From NCBI GenBank assembly GCA_003427395.1, contig BFEA01000030.1:1533917-1597451 (forward strand): a stretch of 63,535 bases of DNA. Direction: 5' to 3'. Origin of the DNA: Chara braunii (lineage: Eukaryota; Plantae; Charophyceae). A program made the position numbers and the translations under genes. Below the pieces are notes generated by a model, which was given only the letters and a program-made list of their open reading frames with translations, had not been told where the DNA came from and searched no databases. Positions 14,072 through 24,859 of this stretch are shown piece after piece (within the stretch, counting starts at the first letter, position 1; every line of letters starts with the position of its first letter).

Positions 14072-14151
14072 CCAGTCAGGGCTTGAGTTTCAAATGCAGT
14101 TGAAACTCTGCCAGTCAGGGCTTGAGTTTCAAATGCAGTTGAAACTCTGCC
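14072..14151. repeat. 39-bp tandem duplication containing the inverted repeat GAGTTTCAA-ATGCAG-TTGAAACTC
   Basis: CCAGTCAGGGCTTGAGTTTCAAATGCAGTTGAAACTCTG occurs twice. Confidence 0.8.
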
Positions 14152-14243
14152 CACTGTTTCGTAGCACTCAAGTCACAGACGGTACCGTGGTCAAGGAACA
14201 GGACCAGTTGATGTGGGGTACTTCTGTGAGTAAGGGTGCCAAC

Positions 14244-14335
<92 letters not shown>

Positions 14336-15521
14336 NNNNNNNNNNNNNNNNNNNNNNNNNNNNNNNNNNNNNNNNNNNNNNNNNNNNNNNNNNNNNNNNN
14401 NNNNNNNNNNNNNNNNNNNNNNNNNNNNNNNNNNNNNNNNNNNNNNNNNNNNNNNNNNNNNNNNNNNNNNNNNNNNNNNNNNNNNNNNNNNNNNNNNNNN
14501 NNNNNNNNNNNNNNNNNNNNNNNNNNNNNNNNNNNNNNNNNNNNNNNNNNNNNNNNNNNNNNNNNNNNNNNNNNNNNNNNNNNNNAAAAAAAAGAAAGAA
14601 TGGATATTCTTAACTATTTAGTAGGGAAAAAAAATACTGTCAAGGGATTGGCCATTCCCAGTAAGGGTTGCAGAAGTCATTCTCCGCAACTTGAAAAAGA
14701 AGTATATTGTTACGATCGTGAAAGAACAGTGTCGTCCAATTGCAAAAGAAATGAATGAACTTGAGAGGAGAGAGGGACAGATGAAGAAGAAGAAGAAAGA
14801 AAGAAAAAAAAAGATGTACACTAGCAAAAGACCAATGATAAATCCCCCTTCTCGCCACTCAACTCCTTATCTCCTCCTCTCTCATTCAAAAAATAAACAA
14901 AATAATAATAATGATAAATGGCTGAATCAGAATCAATGTCCGAATCCCTCTTCTACTGATGGCACAGTATGAGGTCCACCATTATAGCCATGGCTTTCCT
15001 CCTCTCCCACTTCGTCAAGGCCGAGGCTATGGCTGAATACTAAGGGCCTTGCCCTGACGTGCAAAAGACAACGCAAAGCAGCTATGGCCTCTTTCTCTCA
15101 GGCCGCCATGCCTCACTCTGCCTCGAGGCTTCTTGATGCAGCACTACCAAGGTAATGAAGATGGCGTCCACCATAGCCAGGTAAGTACCCCTGACGCTCC
15201 CCTCTCATAGTCCCCTTCTTCCTCCTCCTCCTACCCGAGCTCCTCCACCATAGCCAAGGTGGAGAGCTGAGCGTTCCTCACCCCCACAGCACTGCACACC
15301 AGTGGTCCTTCAGGCGCTCCAGCAGCGTGGTGTCCAAACATGCAGCAAATGAGGAGGAGCACTTCACTCCTCCTGGAGATATAGTGGCCAACCTGCCTCT
15401 TGGACAGTGACTTCCCGGCCGTGCAACCTCCAAGCAACTGATACATCCTCCCTTTTGGAGAGAAACATTATTTCAGGCTCTAATAACGTCCACACAGGCC
15501 TTAGACTCAGACTACTTGGAC

Positions 15522-15939
15522 TGTTACCCGTCGAGACCTAGCTTACCGCCACTTTGCCTCTAAAAATGCTAACTTTTTATCTTCTTCTGCTCAGCCTACC
15601 GCTACTCGAGTACCTATAGCTATGGGCCTACACTACCAGCGACCGCTACTTGAGTGTGCCCTAAGCAACCCCTTCGTCCACTGGAGTGTTTTTCCCCGCT
15701 GCAACACCAAAGTACCGGGTGCTACCGGCCCTACCGGCCTCCCAAACAAAAAGGTGCCCTGGCCAGCCACACACACACTCAGGCCAACAAACACTCAGAC
15801 AGGCACGCAGACCAAGGAACACACACATACAGACCTAGAAATCTCAACAAAAAGCGGGAATCTCAGCAAGGTATTCAATCTAATGGCAAAACTGAGAAAT
15901 CAGTTGCATTCTCAGTCTGTGTTTTGGCAGGTCCTTACA
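15522..15939 (-). mobile_element. 3' LTR of the older (host) chromoviral gypsy element
   Basis: The minus strand reads PPT GAGGGGGACGGTAG then TGTAAG...GTAACA, downstream of the integrase/chromodomain remnant. Confidence 0.65.
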
Positions 15940-16099
15940 CTACCGTCCCCCTCAAGAGCGAGGTCTCTTCGAGTGAGTAACTCAATCTGAGTGTCTGCCA
16001 AACACATCGTAAGCAAACATAGAAAAGAGATTTCGTGTGTATTCAGTAGCAGTAAGTTTCATAGAGAATACTGGATCCACCTCAGTACCGGAAACGACT

Positions 16100-16471
16100 T
16101 GTCACTCATAAGCCTTAACAACAGGAGGTGCACTCTGCAACAACTCTTTCTTTGCCATTGACTCAATAGAGATCGTCCAACGGATGATACATAAAGTGAA
16201 CTTGGTATTGTCTGTTACGTCCCTTCCCAGTATGTTGTACAATTATGTCTATCTCGTGACCACCATTGATTGCACGAGGGATCATAGACTCAGGATAATC
16301 AAAAGAAGTAGGAGCAAGATACGAAAACAGTTTAGACACATGAAAGATGGGATACGTGCGCAGATGAGGAGGCACATCTATCACAAATGAAGGACCAAAC
16401 TTATCATCACCCACCACCTTTATAACCTTCCACGGAATGTAGTGGAGAGGGAAAAATTTGCGTGACACCCC
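16100..16471 (-). pseudogene. Host gypsy integrase C-terminus plus divergent chromodomain-like segment (left half of the interrupted element)
   Basis: SRKFFPLHYIPWKV...YPIFHVSKL...GHEIDIIVQHTGKGRNRQYQVHF; the frame continues across the insertion into 29351 onward (YVWVKISEFSEEEG/VSRK). Confidence 0.8.
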
Positions 16472-17365
16472 TGTGATGAACTGTTTTCTGCAACCGCACG
16501 ATTTCCTGCGCGACGCTACTTCGGGGATTGAGTTGGGAAGGGCCCATTGGATTACATGATTTGGGAAATGGGAATTTCAACTGATGTCGAGCCCCCGGGG
16601 TGGCTCTCGAAATTTGCTTCGTTTGAAATTTCTTTTCGCAATTAGGATTTAGATTAGGAATTTAGGCGCAACTCAATTTCTGCTGCACGGCGCTTCTCGC
16701 TTGCACACACTTCGCCGCGTCAGGATCTCTGTTCTGACTTTTCCACGCCTTAATCCTTGTGTGCAACTGTAACTTTTGTTTTGGCGGGCATAATTGCAAC
16801 TGTAATCCTCTCGTTCTTGATATCTTTTGTGGCGTCCCTTTGCGCGCGTACTTCTTCCTCTGTCCTATTGGCCTGAATGCTTGCATGACCGGATCAATGC
16901 GTGGAGTGAGGCTACATCCCCCATGTCGCGGCCTGGCCATGCAAACATATGCACTTCCTTCCTCCTCCTTCTTTGTCACTCAAGCACAACCCCGGGTATC
17001 TCGCGCAAGCNNNNNNNNNNNNNNNNNNNNNNNNNNNNNNNNNNNNNNNNNNNNNNNNNNNNNNNNNNNNNNNNNNNNNNNNNNNNNNNNNNNNNNNNNN
17101 NNNNNNNNNNNNNNNNNNNNNNNNNNNNNNNNNNNNNNNNNNNNNNNNNNNNNNNNNNNNNNNNNNNNNNNNNNNNNNNNNNNNNNNNNNNNNNNNNNNN
17201 NNNNNNNNNNNNNNNNNNNNNNNNNNNNNNNNNNNNNNNNNNNNNNNNNNNNNNNNNNNNNNNNNNNNNNNNNNNNNNNNNNNNNNNNNNNNNNNNNNNN
17301 NNNNNNNNNNNNNNNNNNNNNNNNNNNNNNNNNNNNNNNNNNNNNNNNNNNNNNNNNNNNNNNNN

Positions 17366-17435
<70 letters not shown>

Positions 17436-18748
17436 GGGATGTGGTGATGCTTCTCTTTCATCCTTCTGAACAATTTTTGGTATCGGGCACAAGTCGCCCT
17501 TGTCCATTTTTTGATCGGCATCTCGGATTTTTCATTTTCTTTGTTTCCTTTCCTAGAAGACTGATGTATGGATTGTTTTCCTCCCACCCCCCTTTCTCTG
17601 TCTTTTTGAATCGGCAAATCTGATTGATTGGTTACCGGCGATCGAGCCTTGTGTGATCTCTGAGTTGATTGGTCAAATAATTGTTGCATAAGGATCCTCC
17701 GATTCCTCGATTCCTTCCGTTTGTATGTAAGCTAGATGCATGCATGTTAGGTGTGATTTTGTCTGTGTATGAATTATGTAAGCATGCTAGACGATTAGAT
17801 GACCATCTCACTATAGAAAGATCCATCTCGCGAACCGTTGGTTTTCACCCAACTGATCGAAGGACAGGCCCCGCGCACACACGTGTAGGCTCGACCAAAG
17901 ACGATCGTTGCCTACACGTGCATCCGCAAAACTTGAACTCGACCAATTTCCCGAATGGCTGGCTTTCCACCCCGACTTGCAGCATGAATTTCGGCGTCCC
18001 CTTTCTTGTCACTGACCGCGAGTGTTTGAGGGATCAGAAATTCCGGGAATATTGGGAACACTCTTGTTTGTCTGCACGACCCAGAGTGGAACCTCCGGTA
18101 TTTCCCTACCTAACGGGGAACGAACGTATTTGCGAGTGGGACCTCAACCAGGCCTTGGGACGTATCCCCCATCTCCCCAGCTACTCTAGCCCATACACGT
18201 GTCACGTCGTCACGAAGCCCGGGATCATTATCTTAGGGACTGAATTCCCTCCCTATCACCTCATCCTACCCTATCACTCCCTAACCACCATCCCCTGACT
18301 CGCAATCGCTCCTTACTGGCCCCAACCCCCGTGCTTAGAGTGTCTGCGGGACCACGAGTACCGAGCCACCGGCTTCATCCGGCGAACTCGCTCCGAGGAA
18401 GAACGACAGGCGCATAACCTCCGATTGAGGCCGGCCGCGTCGGACTCAGAGACTCACGACGTTCGACTTCGGCAGGCGACGGACCAGCGGGATAGCCATA
18501 GCGTCCCGACGGTGCACCAGATACGACCCCCACCTGGACAACAGAACCAACGGAGGCGGTAGCTCTGTTTCCCGAAGCACAAAACAGGACTGCAGTCTAC
18601 GCCTACCCTCCTGCATTCGTATCCCGGAGTTTGCCGCAGGAGATCTCAGTTCCGACATGGGACTCCACCTCGACTTTCCTGAAATCCTTGGCACACCCCC
18701 TTTTTGCACTTCCAGGCCCACTCACACCCCGATCAGGAAGTCGCGCCG
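16472..18748 (+). repeat. 5' LTR (contains a gap; the LTR/PBS junction appears partly deleted)
   Basis: Collinear with 27068-29339 until GGAAGTCGCG. It then jumps to GAGCAGACACGTG, which in the related copy follows the PBS (54349 onward). Confidence 0.88.
17850..18561 (+). pseudogene. LTR-encoded protein of unknown function (CxxC-containing), copy 1
   Basis: PFLVTDRECLRDQKFREYWE...PGIIILGTEFPPYHLILPYHSL..P*LAIAPYWPQPPCLEC..HEYRATG; the motifs are conserved in LTR copies 2 and 3. Confidence 0.65.
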
Positions 18749-18905
18749 AGCAGACACGTGGCAGGCCCAGAGATTGCCAATCAGGTAGGGTATAAGGGAC
18801 GATCTGACGAACAAAGGGCATCCTAGACAGAGGAACGCGCCACGACGCGACCCTATAATAACCCGGAGACTGGGGAGTAGACGGGCAGGTTGGCAGGCCG
18901 CCAAT

Positions 18906-20098
18906 ATGAATGCCAACCCGACACCAAATGTTGGTGGGGCCCCAACCCCTCGAGCAGGACACCAAATGTTGGTGGGGCCCCATCTATACCTCTTTGACCC
19001 TGCACATCATCTGGCCGGAGCATGGCTAGCCACGTTGCGTGCACAACAATACGACAATGATGAGGCGAGGATCAACATCCCCACCAAGTTGGGAGGGGAT
19101 GCATACCATTGGTTTACTACTTACGTTTAGGTAGATCTCCAAACCTTCGAAAAGGACTTCTTAAACCAATTTGATTACATCCACCCTAAGCAGGCTTTCT
19201 TCATGATTAAAGATCGAGTCCAAAAGCCCCTCGAATCTGTCGCTAAATACCGCAGTAGGTTCTATAGGTTGTTTGTTAAGTCAGAACAGGGCGAAAATGT
19301 TAGAAAAGATTTTTTTATCGATGGGCTTCGTAGTCGAACGATGAGGGCGAAGCTGTGAAAGCAGTTTTCCCCATCAACCACACCATGCAACAGATCACGG
19401 ACGTTGCAGAAGAATTGGAGAAAAAGTTTGTTGCTAGCTTCTTAGAAGGGAAAGACCACGCCAAGGAGGGGGACTCTTCGGAATTGGCCAGAGCGAAGAC
19501 CGAATTAGCTCTGCTGCAAAACAAATTTGAAAACATGGCCTTCGTCTCCAGCCCCGTTACTTACCTAAGATCGATACCGGACACAACCATGGGACTGCAT
19601 GGGATAGTCACACCCACGCCTCCCCCACTTGCGCCTTCCCCAGATCCCCCCACAAAACCAAGTGAGGCAAACGCCATATTGGGGCTAACTCAAATACTAG
19701 TGAGCCTAATGCAAGAAAGCAACAAAGAACAATCTGAGCATAATGCCCGGATAGAAGCCATGATGAGATCGATATGCCCTATTGTCGTCCGAGTTGCGCC
19801 CATAACACAAGCAGCAGCCCCCACTCAGGCTGTGGGTGGTGCGACGACTAATCTAGGCATCTGTTACACGTGTCACCAGCCCGACCACCTAGCACGGGAC
19901 TGCACCAACCGACCGACGCCCGTCCGGGTAGGAGCTGCCCCGGTGGCAGCAGCACTAGTGGCCAATAGACCAGGAAGAGTAGGTACGATGGTTGAGGAGA
20001 CCGAAGGAGGGCGAGTGCGATGGTTACCACCTAGGATGCTGGGAAACTTATCCCGCTTGATCAATACATCCCGTTGGGCTACCCAAGGTTGGGAATGA
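18906..20098 (+). pseudogene. gag: gag with CCHC zinc knuckle (disrupted)
   Basis: CYTCHQPDHLARDC at ~19861-19902; the N-terminal LYLFDPAHHLAGAWLATLRAQQ is shared with 54640-54711. Confidence 0.85.
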
Positions 20099-20244
20099 TT
20101 GGAACCATCCGCCCAACAAACGAGCAACGGGAAATAGCGGAGTGGAGACCGTCCCCCGGAGAAATGGAATCGGGTAGCCCTGCCTTTGTTACGGGAGAAA
20201 TTGATGTCCTGAATATCGCATGAGCCCTGAGTCATTGAATCCCC

Positions 20245-20845
20245 TTGCCTATTGGACACCTGTTGTCCATATCAGAACAGGTGAATGAACGAATGCTGCA
20301 ATATTGCAAGGCAAACCGGAAACGGTTTGCCCTCGCTAAGCAAGCAGCCATCAAAGGGAAAGCCTGCGAAGTCAAACCCGATGTCCCCAGCACCTCGGAC
20401 TCGATACGGTTAGGACTCATCCGAAAAGATGATCATTTACTCCGCATTAAGGCCATTCTGTGCAAATCCGCAGAATGTGATATAGAAGTCTGGCGAAAAT
20501 GCTATTATCGACTCAGGGGCTGTGGTCCTTGCCATTTCCTTGAGGGTCGTGGAACGGGCAGGAAGAAGAAAGGATCCGATTCCGTTAGCAGAAGGACATC
20601 ACCTTTTATCCGCCGACGAAGAAAAAATCAAGGTGGTAGGAAGGACGACAAATGTTGCGTTTCGATTAGAAAAAGTTCACGCGTTGGGAGATGTCGTGGT
20701 ACTAGACGTAAATACATACGATGTTCTTTTGGGATTACCAGCCCTTACCGCACTAAGAGTCAATCTCGATTTCGAAAGGCGGTCAATCATCCTTCGGAAT
20801 ACGGGTAGGAAACCGCACGTCATCCCGATGCACCGAACTCCTTGA
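20245..20845 (+). pseudogene. Retropepsin-type aspartic protease region
   Basis: AIIDSGAVVLAIS at ~20500-20540 and YDVLLGLPAL at ~20716. Confidence 0.8.
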
Positions 20846-21575
20846 ACTATGCTCCCTACGACCCGAAAAACTCTCCCCGGGAATGGAGAACCACTCCGTG
20901 TGATCGCCTGAAGTGGAGCCCTCAAAGAAACGGACCAAAGGGGAAAGGAACCAGAGCTGTCAAATAGCTCCTCTGACAGCGAGGGCGAAGTGGACCAGAG
21001 ATCTGGGACATGGCGCGTCAATTAATTCGCTACCCAGTTCTACAGAAAACAACGAAAACATTCGTCCTTACGAAAAGGAACCTTCAACGGACACGAGCTC
21101 TAATCTTACGGGAACCGCTCGTACAAGTATCCCCAATGACCGATTATTTGTAGCCCCCTCGGACCCTATACGAGGCCACCACCCCACTTCTCTCGAGATA
21201 CAGTGACAAGAAAGCATTCTGCGACATTATAGAATTACCTCGTTCCCTGCTCTCTACAGCGAAAGAGGTCTGATTGCTGCGACAGGGCGTCGAGGATGGA
21301 GCTTTGGAACCCCCTGGGCGCGGTAACCCTTACGAACTCGGGATCAAGATCGCCGAGAAACCCATAAGCTTGTAGGACATCGATGACGGCGTAACATCAA
21401 AAGAACACGCGGCAATCCGGGACGAAGATGCCCAAATGGTCGTCACGGTGTTCTCCTGACGGTCAGAGAACTCGTTTATTTCAGCTCCTCCACGAGGGAA
21501 CGGTAGCAAAGTGGGCACGAAACAAGTGACGGTTAACATACGCAGACAGCTTTATGAACTACATGTGCCCAGTAT

Positions 21576-23100
21576 GTGCCTGGCGAAACTCATCGACTAA
21601 TCACAGATATCCTAACCGAATATCAAGGGGCGATTAGCGTCAAGGACATGGATATCGGGATGTCGTTAGTTATTCAGCACGAAATCCAAACCGGAACACA
21701 CCCACCAATCCACTGCAAGCCATACCGATATTCAATCGCCGAACGAAGAACAACGTTGGAATGAATCAGGGAATTCGAAGTTAATGGTTGGATTGAGCCA
21801 GCTACCGAACCATGGGCATTCCCCGTAGTTCTAGTTCCAAAAGAAAACGGGTCGATCCGCATATGCATCGATTATAGAAAGTTGAATGACATCACGATCA
21901 AATATGTGTACCCCCTTCCCCGGATTGATGATTTGTTGGATGCGATTGGGTGTGCTAATTATTTCAGTAAGTCTCATATTTGCCATGGGTTCCATCATAT
22001 CTTAGTTAAGGAGGAGGATCGGCAAAAAATGACATTCGTATCGTTCGAAGGCACGTGGCAATGGGTTCGTTGCCCTATGGGTGTATGCAATGCACCGACT
22101 ACCTTTCAGAGAGCGATGAACGTAACATTCCAGAGCTTTGTCAACAAGACCAGACTAACCCAGGGAATGATCAACCTTTGCGTCATTGTGTACATGGACG
22201 ATATCATGGTGTATTCGGAATCATTTCACGGACAGGCTCAACACATTGGATGGACGCTGAGGGCGTTGCGAGATGTTGGGTTCAAGATTGCACTAGAGAA
22301 AAGTGAGTTCTTCCTTTCAGAGATCTCGTTCCTAGGGCATGTGGTGACCTGAGAGGGCTTGAGGCCAGATTCGAGAAAAGTCGAGGCAGTTCAAGAAGCT
22401 CCCACGCCTACGTCGCTAACGCAGGTTCGATCCTTTCTGGGATTGGCCTCGTACTACCGGAGGTTTATCAAGGGGTTCGCGGCGATTGCTTGGCCTCTGA
22501 CAAACCTCCTACGGAAAGACCAGCCACTGAAGTGGGACGCAGAGTGCGAACAGACCTTTGTCACTTTGAAGGAGGCCCTCTCGTCCCCGCCTGTTTTGAT
22601 TCGTCCCGATCCTGGTAAGCAATTCATCATCATTACAGACTGGCAGCCTTAGGCGATCTCCGCTATTCTAGCCAAGAAGGGGAAGGGCGACCGCGAACAC
22701 GTCATTGAATATGCCTCGCAAACTGTACTCGACGAAAGAAGGAACGATTTGGCCCCTCAAGGAGAATGCTACGAGGTCGTTTAGGGAATTCAACACTTCC
22801 ATCCATATCTATACGGACAGAAGTTCCTCCTCGTTACGGATCACGAACCCCTGCCGACCCTCAAGAGGCTCACTAACTATACGAGCATGATTAGGTGATG
22901 GGCTGTCCGGCTACAGGAATACGACTTCGACATCATCCATCAGAAGACGGAAAAGCACGGGAACACTGACGGATTGACACGACTACATCGACCAAGCAAG
23001 GTGGTCAAAGGTGAAGAGATCACTCCGTGGAAGGAGTCGGAGCCAGCCAAGGGACCCCCGTACAGCGGAGTGACCATTCTCCCCCGAACCTCTAGAAAGT
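21576..23100 (+). pseudogene. pol: Reverse transcriptase and RNase H of pol (multiple stops)
   Basis: IQHEIQTG...WAFPVVLVPKENGSIRICIDYRKLN, YPLPRIDDLLD, CPMGVCNAP, VYMDD, RSFLGLASYYRRFI, IIITDW, TDHEPL. Confidence 0.95.
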
Positions 23101-23189
23101 GACACGTGGACACGATGGCGATGGGTGGAGAAGGTAATCCTAGAGGCCCCCTTTCTCCCCTCTCATCTTCTTCTCTTCTCTCTTTGCGT

Positions 23190-23365
23190 GATAAATTCTG
23201 TTATTTTTGTGAAGCAATATCGCGAGTCTATTCGGTTCCTGTACGTCCTAGTGGGGAAGGGTATGTCGAGTGGGTAGACTGTGAACGGTGTGTCTCTCGG
23301 GCCCACGGCTCCTGTATCCAATACAGGAACGTGGATAAAGAATGGTTATGTCCCTTGTGTCGAAC
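23190..23365 (+). other. PHD finger coding segment between RNase H and integrase
   Basis: C-x2-C...WVDC-x2-C-x4-H-x2-C...WLC-x2-C (FCYFCE...EWVDCERCVSRAHGSCIQ...EWLCPLCR), a C4HC3 pattern. Confidence 0.85.
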
Positions 23366-23599
23366 TGATAAAATCCCGACGGAGGCTCGATTCCTCGAGG
23401 CCACGTTTGAAGAGTTGGAAAAGACACGCAAATTTCGACTGCCAGAAGTATGGACATATGTCGTTTTGGTAGCCACAGTAGTCGGGAACTCCCTCCGAGA
23501 ATTCACCAAGGAAGATCGGAGGCGGGCTAACGAGAGGGTACGGGATTACCGATGGAATGACGGGCAGTTACAAAAATGAAAAACTGATGGTAGTGGGAT

Positions 23600-24690
23600 T
23601 TGGATGTCGGTGCCTCATCCGTCCATGAGGTACGACTGGGTTAAGTCGGCCCATGAAGAAACCGTCGCTCACTTTGCTGTCAAGATCACGGAGGCAGCAA
23701 TTGACAAAAACGAATGGTATTGGTCCAATATCCGGGACGATGTTAAAAACTTAAATTCATCGTTAAAAATTGTCCAGTCTGCACGGCAGACAAGGCGCCG
23801 ATTCAACCGCCTAGGTCGATAGTGCCTACTATATTCGAGCAGTCGTTCCAAAGGGTTAGCATGAACATGACAAATATTGTTATGCCCCCTGGACCGTATA
23901 GCTGCAAATATTAAGTTCTTCTGGTATCCATAGATCATTTCTCGAAATGGATCGAGGCCTACCCCTGCAAAACACGACAGACGGTGGAAATTGTGTGGTA
24001 TGTCAACCGTTTCCTCGGAATGCATCAAGACACCGAGGAAATCCTAACAGACAATGGGGCAAAATTCCGAGAAAAAGTCTTAAGGAGCCTAGTCGTACAC
24101 GGCGTCTCCATTCCCAATACGTCTCTCCATATGTTGCAATCGAACGAACTGGTAGAGAATGCAAACCGGGTAATTAAGACAGTTTTGTGGTGAAATATCG
24201 TGGCTCGGGACACGAGGCCTTGGCGCGATATCGTAGACCACATCCTAGCTATCCACAGAGGGACACCCCATGAGTCCACCGACCTGACCCCTTTTCAGCT
24301 ACGGACCAATAGTCTAGCCTGCGTAGCTCTGCCAAGCTTGAACGATGGGACGACCCTTGCGTGACGAGCCACGAGGGCAACGGTCAAGGACAAGGCTCAA
24401 TGCCACTTAGAGTTAATGGAAACAACCCTCCCCCGGTTAGCCCGAAAAAGACAACTTGAAATGGATGACCGAAATGGCCTACGACCGACAAGTCCGGAGC
24501 TATGAGGCCCGAAATGGGAACGCTAGGCCTTGGCCTCAGTATAAATTAGGGGACATAGTGCAGGTAGGGAAATGTGCTCGCCAGGGCAAGTTGGCGCCAA
24601 GACTCTCCTGGCTATTCCTCGTAGTCGATCTCGGTCCCAGCGGAGTGAACACGGTGCGGCTTGCGCCAGAGGTCTCGGGAAGCTGATCGG
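23600..24690 (+). pseudogene. DDE integrase (H2C2 zinc-binding region, core, C-terminus), disrupted
   Basis: AHEETVAHF...YWSNIRDDVK, IDHFSKWIEAY, EILTDNGAKF, NELVENANRVIK, THESTDLTPF-like segment, YKLGDIV. Confidence 0.88.
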
Positions 24691-24859
24691 CTCGACCTAG
24701 CATTCGACACGTATCCTATCTTCCTCCCTTACCTCCTTCTCCGTCTCCCCCCTCGTCCACGCCGTCCCTTGATTCTGAAGAGGAAGGCGATGATCTCGAA
24801 TTCAAATACTCTGATTCTCCTTCCTCTCAACCTTCGTCTTTACCTTCTCCCCCATCGCC

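Noticed and set aside
16662-16979. Antisense ORF in LTR U3 (also 27448-27744)
   Set aside because: It is shared only between the two close LTRs; the frame is interrupted in the divergent LTR and there is no sign of protein-level constraint.
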